This document shows, piece after piece, positions 50,215 to 61,329 of a stretch of 64,000 nucleotides of DNA. Position 1 is the stretch's first letter. The number at the start of each line of letters is the position of its first letter. Under the pieces are notes generated by a model. It had not been told where the DNA came from, did not search any database, and saw only the letters and a list, made by a program, of their open reading frames with translations. Both the position numbers and the translations under genes were made by a program. The DNA is from Raja brachyura (lineage: Eukaryota), in contig OY740783.1 of assembly GCA_963514005.1 (NCBI GenBank), positions 5,456,001 through 5,520,000 on the forward strand, written 5' to 3'.

Positions 50215-52960
50215 TTGAAACTGCTAGAGTCAGTTATTAAAGATGGGATAGCAGCACATTTGGAAAGTGGTGAAATCATTAGACAAAGTCAGCATGGATT
50301 TACGAAAGGTAAATCATGTCTGACGAATCTTATAGAATTTTTCGAGGATGTAACTAGCAGAGTGGATAAGGGAGAACCAGTGGATATGTTATGGGATGGG
50401 AAGCAGAGCTAAACTGGCTGTGATCCTTTATGGATAGAGCGTAAATGATCATCAAACAGGATAAACAGGGTCTGATCAGGAACAGTCAACATGGATTTGT
50501 GCCTGGAAGGTCATGTTTGACAAACCTTCTTGAATTTTTTGAAGAGGTTACTAGGGAAATTGATGAGGGTAAAGCAGTGGATGTTGTCTATATGGATTTC
50601 AGTAAGGCCTTTGACAAGGTTCCCCATGGAAGGTTGGTTAAGAAGGTTCAATCTTTGGGTGTTAATGGCGGAGTAGCAAGATGGATTCAACAGTGGCTGA
50701 ATGGGAGATGTCAGAGAGTAATGGTGGATGGCTGTTTGTCAGATTGGAAGCCGGTGACCAGTGGGGTGCCTCAGGGATCTGTGTTGAGTCCACTGTTGTT
50801 TGTCATGTACATCAATGATCTGGATGATGGGGTGGAAAATTGGATAAGTAAGTATGCAGATGATACTAAGATAGGTGGTGTTGCGGATAATGAAGTAGAT
50901 TTTCAAAGTCTACAGAGAGATTTGGCCATTTGGAAAAGTGGGCTGAAAGATGGCAGATGGAGTTTAATGCTGATAAGTGTGAAGTGCTACATCTTGGCAG
51001 GACAAATCAAAATAGGACGTACAATGTAAATGGTAGGGAATTGAGGAATGCTGTGGAACAGAGGGATCTAGGAATAACTGCATAGTTCCCTGAAGGTGGA
51101 ATCGCATGTAGATAGGGTGGTAAAGTAAGCTTTTGGTGTGCTGGCCTTTATAAATCAGAGCATTGAATATAGGAGTAGGGAAGTAATGTTAAAATTGTAC
51201 AAGGCATTGGTAAGACCAATTCTGGAGTATGGTGTACAATTTTGGTCGCCTAATTATAGGAAGGATGTCAACAAAATAGAGAGTACAGAGGAAATTTACT
51301 AGAATGTTGCCTGGGTTCCAGCAACTAAGTTACAGAGAAAGGTTAAATAAGTTAGGTCTTTATTCTTTGGAGCGCAGAAGGTTAAGGGGGGACTTGATTG
51401 AGGTCTTTAAAATGATGAGAGGGATAGACAGAGTTGACGTGGATAAGCTTTTCCCATTGAGGGTAGGGAAGATTCAAACAAGAGGGCATGACATGCGAAT
51501 TAAGGGACAGACGTTTAGGGGTAACATGAGGGGGAACCTCTTTAGTCAGAGAGTGGTGGCTATGTGGAATGAGCTTCCAGCAGAAGTGGTGGAGGCAGGA
51601 TCGATTTTAACATTTAAATGTAAAGTGGATAGGTATATGGACGGGAAGGGAATGGAGGGGTATGGTCTGAGTGCAGGTAGGTGGGACTAGGGGAAAATAA
51701 ATGGTCAGCACGGACTGAAAGGGCCGAGAGGGCCTGTTTCCGTGCTGTAATTGTTATCTGGTTATATGGTTATATCTAGACTTTCAGAAGGCTTTCGACA
51801 AGGTCCCACACAAGAGATTAGTATACAAACTTAAAGCACACGGTATTGGGGGTTCAGTATTGATGTGAATAGAGAACTGGCTGGCAGACAGGAAGCAAAG
51901 GGTAGGAGTAAACGGGTCCTTTTCAGAATGGCAGGCAGTGACTAGTGGGGTACCGCAAGGCTCAGTGCTGGGACCCCAGCTATTTATAATATATATATTA
52001 ATGATTTGGATTAGGTAATTGAATGCAACATCTCCAAGTTTGCAGATGACACTAAGCTGGGGGGTAGTGTTAGGTGTGAGGAGGATGCTAGGAGTCTGCA
52101 AGGTGACGTGGACAGTCTGGGTGAGTGGGCAAATGCATGGCAGATGCAGTATAATGTGGATAAATGTGAGGTTATCCACTTTGGTGGCAAAAACAGGAGG
52201 GTAGACTATTATCTGAATGGTGGCAAATTAGGAAAAGGGGAGATGCAACGAGACCTGGGTGTCATGGTACACCAATCATTGAAAGTAGGCATGCAGGTGC
52301 AGCAGGCAGTGAAGAAAGCAAATGGTATGTTAGTATTCATAGCAAAAGGATTTGAGTATAGGAGCAGGGAGGTTCTACTGCAGTTGTACAGGGTTTTGGT
52401 GAGCCCACACCTGGAGTATTGCGTACAGTTTTAGACTCCAAATCTGAGGAAAGACATTCTTACCATAGAGGGGGTTCAGAGAAGGTTCACCAGACTAATT
52501 CCTGGGACGTCAGGACTTTCATATGAGGAAAGACTGGATAGACTTGGCTTGTACTCGCTAGAAGTTAGAAGATTGAGGGGGGATCTTAAAAAAACTTACA
52601 CAATTCTTAAGGGGTTGGATAGGCTAGATGCAGGAAGATTGTTCCCGATGTTGGGGAGGTCCAGAACAAGGGGTCATAGTCTAAGGATAAGGGGGAATTC
52701 CTTTAGGACCGAGATGAGAAAAATATTTTTCACACAGAGATTGATGAGTCTCTGGAATTCTCTGCCACAGAAGGTAGTTGAGGCCAGTTCATTGGCTATA
52801 TTTAAGAGGGAGTTAGATGTGGCCTTTGTGGCTAAAGGGATCAGGGGGTATGGAGAGAAGGCAGGTACAGGATACTGAGTTGGATGATCAGCCATGATCA
52901 TATTGAATGGCGGTGCAGGCTCGAATGGCCCACTCCTGCACCTATTTTCTATGTTTCTAC
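50215..52960 (+). mobile_element. CR1-A LINE containing a nested CR1-B copy (50457-51772)
   Basis: Host breaks at GTGGATATGTTAT and resumes at GTTATATCTAGACTTTCAG; insert ends in (GGTTATAT)n. Confidence 0.9.
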
Positions 52961-52969
52961 GTTTCTATA

Positions 52970-53720
52970 TCCTCTGGTCCTCGAATCCCCTACTCTCATG
53001 ATCCTCTGGTCCTCGATTCCCCTACTTTGTATAACTCTATAAGATCTCCCCTCATCCTCCTACACTCCATGGAATAGAGACCCAGCCTACTTAACCTTTC
53101 CTTCTAGCTCACACGTTCTAGTCCTGGCAGCTTCCTTGTAAATCTTTTCTGAACCACTTCAAGCTTGAAAATATCTTTCTTATAACATGGTGCCCAGAAC
53201 TGAACACAATACTCCAAGTGCGGTCTCACCAATGTTTTATACAACTGCAACATGACCTCCCAACTACTATACTCAATACTCTGACTGATGAAGTCCAAAG
53301 TGCCAAAATCATTTTTGACCACCTTATCGACCTGCTACTCGACCTTCAAGGAACTATGCACCTGTACTCCGAGATCCATCTGCTCCACAACACTACCCAG
53401 ATGCCTACAATTTACTGTGTATCGTCCTGCCCTTATTAGACGTCCCAAAAGGCAACACCTCACACTTCCTTGTATTAAATTCCATCAACCATTCCTCAAC
53501 CCACCTGGCCAATCAATCCAGATCCTGCTGCAATCGTACACAACCATCTTCACTGTCTGTTGAATCATCAGCAAACTTGTTAATCTTGCCCTGTATGTTC
53601 TCATCCAAATCATTGATGTAGATGACAAACCGTAACAGGACCAGCACCGAACCCTGTGGCACACCACTAGTCAGAGGCATCCAGTCCGAGAAGCAACCTT
53701 CCACCATCACCCTCTGCTTC
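52970..53720 (-). mobile_element. Degenerate CR1 of a third family (related 3' end at 49920-50212)
   Basis: [26 protein letters not shown] fragments. Confidence 0.8.
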
Positions 53721-53756
53721 AGTACTTCCTCAACGGTAGCCCTGACTGCTCTCATG

Positions 53757-54210
53757 ACACTTCCAATGACTGGATGCGACTGCAGATGAGATCGCCTTGA
53801 AGATATTGGAAATGTCAGAGAATTATATATTAAATGTGCAGACTGGTGTGGTGAAAAGCGAGGTCCAGAGGAACATTATCCTTGTTCCGTCTGAGGAAGG
53901 GCGAGTGAGAGAAGAACTGCGAGACACAGGGAAGATATGGATGAAGGTGAAATCCACAACTGCACGGGCTAAACCACGGCTACTGAAATTAAAGGAATGT
54001 TTCGCGTGTCGCTGGGTGAAAAGCGTTTTCTTGGAAGTACAAGTAGCTGAGATGGAGAAATCGAGAGTAAGGGATGGTGTCCTTGCAAGAGGGAGATTGG
54101 AAGGATGCAGTCAAAGTAACAAGTATTAATGGGCGTCTGTGCATAGTCTATCTTTTGTGATGGAGACAGAGAGATCCTGAAAGCAGAGTTCAGTCACAGA
54201 CATTGTCCTC
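53757..54210 (-). mobile_element. Degenerate Penelope-like fragment
   Basis: Resembles 28210-28530 along its length (e.g. GTGATGGAGACAGAGAGATC). Confidence 0.55.
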
Positions 54211-55022
54211 GTAAATTTCCGTTGTTCTATTTCATTTCTCCATGTCAGTAACACTCTCTGTAGACGTGAAGCTTGTCAAGCCCTTAACGCAGGGTGAATT
54301 ATATTCACATTTAAACTCCTTGACATCTCATTTTTACCATGTTAAATGGGACATGCTCCAGGGAAATATTTGTAACGTGATTTCACGAACAACAGTGTTG
54401 TACACTGAATAATATTTATAGTAATGGATCACCACTCGACAGGAACATTAAAGATTGGAGCAGGGGAGGCCATTTGGCCCTTAAAACTGGTTCAGCCTTC
54501 AACCTGATCATCATGTGCCCGATTATTCAAAATATTATTAGATCCCTCCAACGCCCAGAACTCTATCTAGCAAATTTGTGAATGGATGTAATGAACATCC
54601 ATTCTATCTTTTAATCAATTGCACTTCTTACTTTCAGTCCAAAGTGACTTTCGGTCCAAACTATCAGAAGAGCACAGTTAAATTATGAATCCTAATGACC
54701 CATTTGTTATCCAATAGCATCGCCAGTTGAGGGTTCGAAACATGTGTTGCTGGGCAGATCTTGGAGTTGTTAGTTTGCAGTCAGCAGCTCTGTGCATTGG
54801 GCTGGAATCAGTACATTCATTTCTCTAAATAATCCACAGGTGCTTCCGTTCAGTTATTCCTGCTCTTTGCTTACGGTGGAGAGTTGGACTTCACCCACAT
54901 AATATGCGGGGGAAAGGTGAAATCAATTGGAATCAAAATAAATATGAAATGCCATGCATTTAAAAATGAAGCTTTAAAGGCGAGTTCTGAGGCTAATAAT
55001 ATTAAGTGAGACACAGATGCGG

Positions 55023-57270
55023 CATAGAAACATAGAAACATAGAAAATAGGTGCAGGAGGAGGGCATTTGGCCCTTCGAGCCAGCACCGCCATTCATTGC
55101 GATCATGGCTGATCGTCCCGAATCAATAACCCGTGCCTGCTTTCTCCCCATATCCTTTGATTCCACTAGCCCCTAGAGCTCTATCTAACTCTCTCTTAAA
55201 TCCATCCAGTGATTTGGCCTCCACTGCCCTCTGTGGCAGGGGAATTCCACAAATTCACAACTCTCTGGGTGAAAAAGTTTTTTCTCACCTCAGTCTTAAA
55301 TGGCCTCCCCTTTATTCTAAGACTGTGCCCTCTGGTTCTGGACTCGCCCAACATTGGGAACATTTTTCCTGCATCTAGCTTATCCAGTCCTTTTAAAATT
55401 GTATATGTTTTTATAAGATCCCCCCTCATCCTTCTAAACTCCAGTGAACGCAAGCCTAGTCTTTTTAATCTTTCCTCATATGACAGTCCCGCCATCCCAG
55501 GGATCAATCTCGTGAACCTACACGGCACTACCTCAATCACAAGGATGTCCTTCCTCAAATTAGGAGACCAAAACTGTACACAATACTCCAGATGTGGTCT
55601 TACCAGAGCCCTATACAACTGCAGAAGAACCTCTCTACTCCTATACTGAAATCCTCTTGTTATGAAGGCCAACATTCCATTAGCTTTCTTCACTGCCTGC
55701 TGTACCTGCATGTCAACTTTCAGTGACCGGTGCACAAGGACACCCAGGTCTCGCTGTACCTCCCCCTTACCTAACCTAACCCCATTGAGATAATAATCTG
55801 CCCCCTTGTTTTTGCCGCCAAAGTGGATAACCTCACATTTATCTATATTATACTGCGTCTGCCACGCATCTGCCCACTCACTCAACCTGTCCAGGTCACC
55901 CAGCAACCTCCTAACATCATTACACTCGTTACTGCCTGCCATTCTGAAAAGGAGCCGTTCACTCCTACTCTTTGCTTCCTGTCTGCCAACCAATTTTCTA
56001 TCCACATCAACACCCTACCCCCAATACCATGTGCTCTAATTTTAGTCACCAGTCTCCCGTGCGGGACCTTAGCAAAGGCTTTCTGAAAGTCTAGATACAC
56101 TACATCCACTGGCTCCCCTTCATCCATTTTACTTGTCACATCCTCAAGAAAAAGGTTATGGGGAATAGGTCCTCTAGGAGGGTAGTGATTTTGGATGATC
56201 AGCAATGATCATATTGAATGGTGGTGTAGGCTCCAAGGGCTGAATGGCCTACTCCTGCACATGTTTTAATAATAATAATAACAATAATAATAATAATAAT
56301 AATAAATACTTTATTGATCCCCTCAGAGAAATTCAGAAATATTTTCCTGAGGAATATTTTCTATATTTCTACCTTTCTATGTTTCAAAAAAAAACTGAGA
56401 TCGAACGGCCCACTCATGTGATTTATCTCTTACCGTTTGTCTACCTATGTTATAGCAAATTCATTTTAATTCGCTGACATATCGACCAGATTCCCCGTGT
56501 CTTCTACACGTCTACTGTTGTACATTAAATCAAAGTGGGGAAAACTAAATGAACTTTATTAACGCCTCATACTTCCCTCTAATTGCTTGTGTTTATGTGG
56601 CTCTGCACAGATGGTCCTTATTATCATAAGAGTGCGCATAGAATAAATGATAAAATGAATGATACCATAAGGAAGGAATGCATTAAGATTCTGCTGAACC
56701 AGATTAACCCCCCTCTTTTATATTTTCTGTGGCGATATTGAGGTCGATGGGCAAGAGCTCACCATGTAACTGAAAGGAAACACCTGTGTCGACCGTGCTG
56801 CTAAATTAATCAGGCGCTTTCAGTCTGCTGCTCAAACACTGGAAACACAGAAAATAGGTGCAGGAGTAGGCCATTCGGCCCTTCGAGCCTGCACCACCAT
56901 TCAATATGATCACGGCTGATCATCCAACTCAGTATCCCGTACCTGCCTTCTCTCCATACCCTCTGATCCCCTTAGCCACAAGGGCCACATCTAACTCCCT
57001 CTTAAATATAGCCAATGAACTGGCCTCAACTACCCTCTGTGGCAGAGAGTTCCAGAGACTCACCACCCTCTATGTGAAAAAAGTATTTCTCATCTCGGTC
57101 TTAAAGGATTTCCCCCTTATCCTTAAGCTGTGACCCCTTGTCCTGGACTTCCCCAACATCGGGAACAATCTTCCTGCATCTAGCCTGTCCAACCCCTTAA
57201 GAATTTTGTAAGTTTCTATAAGATCCCCTCTCAATCGCCTAAATTCTAGAGAGTATAAACCGAGTCCATC
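55023..57270 (-). mobile_element. CR1 fragments (55023-56150 and 56842-57270) with (AAT)n at 56268-56306
   Basis: RT C-terminal ORF 55196-56005 and 3' UTR tails. Confidence 0.85.
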
Positions 57271-58262
57271 CATGATTTTGATCATGTATATCCCGGGTAC
57301 TGTGTTTGATTGTGATCAGCTATCATGTGTACAGTGGGCATCGATGTCTCTTGGATTCTGTATGGACTCTGTTTAGAGATTATCTGACGCACAGTTATAA
57401 GGTAGTTCATATAGTGGGTATGATTGCTAGTCACGCACCCCACAGATAGTGACCCGAGTAAAGATTAGATTAGATTAGATTAGATTCCTTTATTGTCATT
57501 CAGACCTTACGGTCTGAACTAAATTGTTACCATACAGTCATACATATAATAAAAACAAAACACACAATAAATACATATCCAACATCCACCACAATGAGTT
57601 CACCAGGCACCTCCTCACTGTGGTGGAAGGCAAAAGGCACATGAGTAAAATACCGAATGGATGCTGATTATCTTCCAGCTCAGCGAAGGCCAGAGGTGTC
57701 CACATTGTATCCCTTTGCACCCTGAAGCTGAACGTATGAAGTGAACTCTTCTGCGTGAAGGTCACTGGGTGATATAATGTAGGCGTGTGTGAAAATGTAA
57801 AACATATCTGGGATGATCAGTGGGGTTTGAATTCCATGTTCTTTAGCCAGAGGACACAGACATTAAACAAATCGACCAATGCTGCGATCCATGTGTACCC
57901 CCGCGTATTTTCCTGCACCAGTCATCTTTTTCTGACTATTGAGTGCAGTAGAAATACTCCTTTGGCGCATGCACTGCCATGCCCTTATGTTAAACCTATC
58001 AACCTCTATGATTTAATTGTCAATTAATTTATATTTCGCTTTGTTTTAGTAAATTAATGCACCGCAATACAACGATACAATGATTCAATGATACTTTATT
58101 GCCACGTGCAGCTAGATACAGTGAAATTCTTTATTTTTGGATACAATCCAGTAAAATCGCACGGCAGACCTCACCTAAGTCCTAGAGAGAGTACAGAGGA
58201 GATTTACTAGAATGTTGCCTGGGTTCCAGCAACTAAGTTACAGAGAAAGTTTGAACAAGTTA

Positions 58263-60307
58263 AGGCCCTGTCTCACTGTGCGAGTTGACCCACGAGGTAC
58301 CCCGTGTGAAAGACTCGTGGTAGTGCACGAGATTTCAAGTTTATGATCAAGTGCTTAACCGAGTTCCCACGGGTATGTCATTGCTGCGATGTTACTCTCC
58401 CGAGTTAACAAGTTCCTCTCCCGTTACTCTTGAGCCAACCGTGAATGAAGGTAAGTGTGTGAGGTGTGAGAAGTCCATGCCGGGTGCCGGCCGGCCACAG
58501 CCGCTGTTCAGATTATTGGGAGGCGGAGCTCAGGGTTCGCCTCTTGAGCTGCTTTGGTGCCCAGGCGTACGTTGAGGTGGAAGGTGGTTGGGGGTGGGGG
58601 GGGGCTCGTCTTCTGAAGAAGGATCTCGACCCGCTGAATTACTCCAGCAGTGTTAAAGAAGGAACTGCAGATGCAGCAAAATCGAGCGTACACAAAATTC
58701 TGGAGAAACTCAGCGGGTGTAGCAGCATCTATAGAGCGAAGGGATGGGTGACAGGAGGGTCTCGACCTGCTGAAATTCTCCAGCATTTGGATCTAAACAT
58801 CACCCATCCCTTCCCTCCAGAGATGCGGCCTGTCCCGCTGAGTTACTCCAGCTTGTTTGTGTCTATCGTTGAATGGGTGACATTTCGGGTCGAGACCCTT
58901 CTTCGGACTGAAAATAAAACTTGCCTCGCGTGAAGCGGCTTGTAAATTAAAACATAAAAACAAGAAATGCTAGACTCATTTATGTGCTCGTATTCATTTA
59001 CCTGGCCTGTTGCTGTCCTCCCTCGTCCACCGTGAGCGCTGGACAACTCACTGGGTGCAAAACTCCGCAGCATTCCGGGCGGAGGGCGATGATCACCCGA
59101 CTGACCGGCAAGTAGAGGCGGCGGGTCGGTCAAGCCCGGCTCCCCGCCACCGGGATAAACACCACTACTGGAGTAAACTCAGCGGGATCTCTGGAGAAGT
59201 CTGAAGTAGGGTCTCGACCCGAAATCTCACCCATCCCATCTCTCCAGAGATGCTGCCTGTCCCTCGGAGTTACTCCAGCATTGTGTGTGTCTATGGGTTA
59301 CACAAAAAGCTGGAGAAACTCAGCGGGTGCAGCAGCATCTAAGGAGCGAAGGAGATAGGCGACGTTTCGGGTCGAGACCCTTCTTGTGTGTGTCTATCTT
59401 CGGTGCAAACCAGCATCTGCAGTTCCTTCCCAATCCCACACTCTCGGCCCCGGGGGGTGGATGGAGCATCACACGTGGACACAACCCACTCACTGCCCAG
59501 ACTTGCCCCTCCGGTAGGTCTTTAACCGCGTCCTAAAGCCGTTCGTGTTAAAGAAGGAACTGCAGATGCTGGAGAATCGAGGGTTACACAAAAAGCTGGA
59601 GAAACTCAGCGGGTGCAGCAGCATGAAGAAGGTCAGCAGGTCTGAAGAAGAGTCTCGACCCGAAACGTCGCCTATCTCCTGCGCTCCTTAGATGCTGCTG
59701 CACCCGCTGAGTTTCTCCAGCTTTTTGTGTAATCCTACAGCCGTTCATTGAGACGAATACGAAGCCACGGGGCAGGTGCCTCAGTAATAAAGAACAAGTT
59801 GCAGATCATCGCAGAAAGGCCGAAGATAGACACAAAATGCTGGAGTGGGACAGGCCGCATCTCTGGAGAGAAGGAATGGGTGGCGTTTCGGGTAAGTCTG
59901 AAGAAGGGTCTCGACTCCATTCCTTCTCTCCAGAGATGCTGCCTGGTCCGCTGAGTTACTCCAGCATTTTGTGTCTATCTTTGGGTCAGTCTTTACTGGA
60001 GCGAACGAACAGATTATGAAACGTTCCCACGGTAGACTTACGAGTCACTAAGGTAAACGCACAGGCCACTACGTTACTACAACGAGTTTAAATGTTTCCA
60101 TTTTTAACTTGAAGAGTTAATTTGACTCGTGGAAAAAATCAAACATGTTTGATTTTTTCCACGAGTTAACAAGTTTCCCGAGTGCCTTCCGTTAGCGCCA
60201 CGAGTCGATAAGTTGCTCGTGCGAGTTCCGACGTTCCCACGACGTGATCACCACGATTGAAAATTCGGGGTCACTCGTGGGCCAACTCGCACCGTGAGAC
60301 AGGGGTT
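58263..60307. mobile_element. 2045-bp non-autonomous PIF/Harbinger-type DNA transposon inserted in a CR1-B fragment (58184-60730)
   Basis: TIRs AGGCCCTGTCTCACTGTGCGAGTTGACCCACGAG and CTCGTGGGCCAACTCGCACCGTGAGACAGGGGTT, TTA TSD (58260-58262 / 60308-60310); removing it restores host AACAAGTTAGGTC. Confidence 0.88.
59638..59673 (+). ncRNA. Minimal type I hammerhead ribozyme motif (Penelope-type)
   Basis: Stem I AGGU/GCCU, core CUGAAGA, stem II GAGUCUCGACCC (one mismatch), GAAA, palindromic ACGU, cleavage triplet GUC. Confidence 0.65.
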
Positions 60308-61329
60308 TTAGGTCTTTATTCTTTGGAGCGCAGAAGGTTAAGGGGGGCTTGATTGAGGTCTTTAAAATGATGAAAGGGATACACAGAGTTGACGTGGATA
60401 AGCTTTTCCCATTGAGGGTAGGGAAGATTCAAACAAGAGGGCATGACATGAGAATTAAGGGACAGAAGTTTAGGGGTCACATGAGGGGGAACCACTTTAC
60501 TCAGAGAGCGGTGGCTGTGTGGAATGATCTTCCAGCAGAAGTGGTGGAGGCAGGATCAATTTTAACATTTAAAAGTAAAGTGGATAGGTATATGGACGGG
60601 AAGGGAATGGAGGGGTATGGTCTGAGTGCAGTTAGATGGGACTTGGGGAAAATAAATGGTCGGCACGGACTGGAAGGGCCGTGAGGGCCTGTTTCTGTGC
60701 GGTAATTGTTATATGGTTATATGGTTATAAGTAATGCACAAAGAGTCGCCATGTTTCTGGCACCGAAAATTGTCTATTGAACTGACATCGATGATAGTTC
60801 AGTCAAAAGTCAATTTCTTTGCACCGATAGAACCCGTCCTTGATTTAACCATTTAATCACAGCTAAGTATTATCGGTATATCCGCTGGAGTCACTTTGGG
60901 GGCAATGACACCACTGGTAAATACATGGTTATCTCCGTCAACATTGTTCGTTCAAATTCTACAAGAGCGGAGGAATGTACTGCTCATATACTGAGCAGAG
61001 CCCCCACAATTGTTTTTCAAACAAATATTATAGGGGAGGGTAACCCTTGACGAAGCCCAGTGCTAACGTGGATCTTGGACAAGCAACAATCAAAGAGAAG
61101 CAGGGAGAAGAGCTTATTGGCTGAAACCAATGGGAAAGGTGAGTTTTAGGATAAAAACAGTTTAAAACTGAGGAATTTGGTTTGTACATTGGTAAATTAG
61201 GCAATTTATCAGTCAATATGAGTAAGCTGCTCTCGGGGAGTGGCAGTGAGGGAAGTGTGAATTTTTGGCTCGATAGTCATTGGAGAGGAGGCTACGCAAA
61301 AAGCTGGAAAGGACGAGACGCGGTAAGAT

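Noticed and set aside
57648-57935. Exon-like non-repeat stretch, possible Ig or TNF-like pseudo-exon
   Set aside because: Stops in all minus frames and no convincing Cys/Trp pattern; a translated search would be needed.
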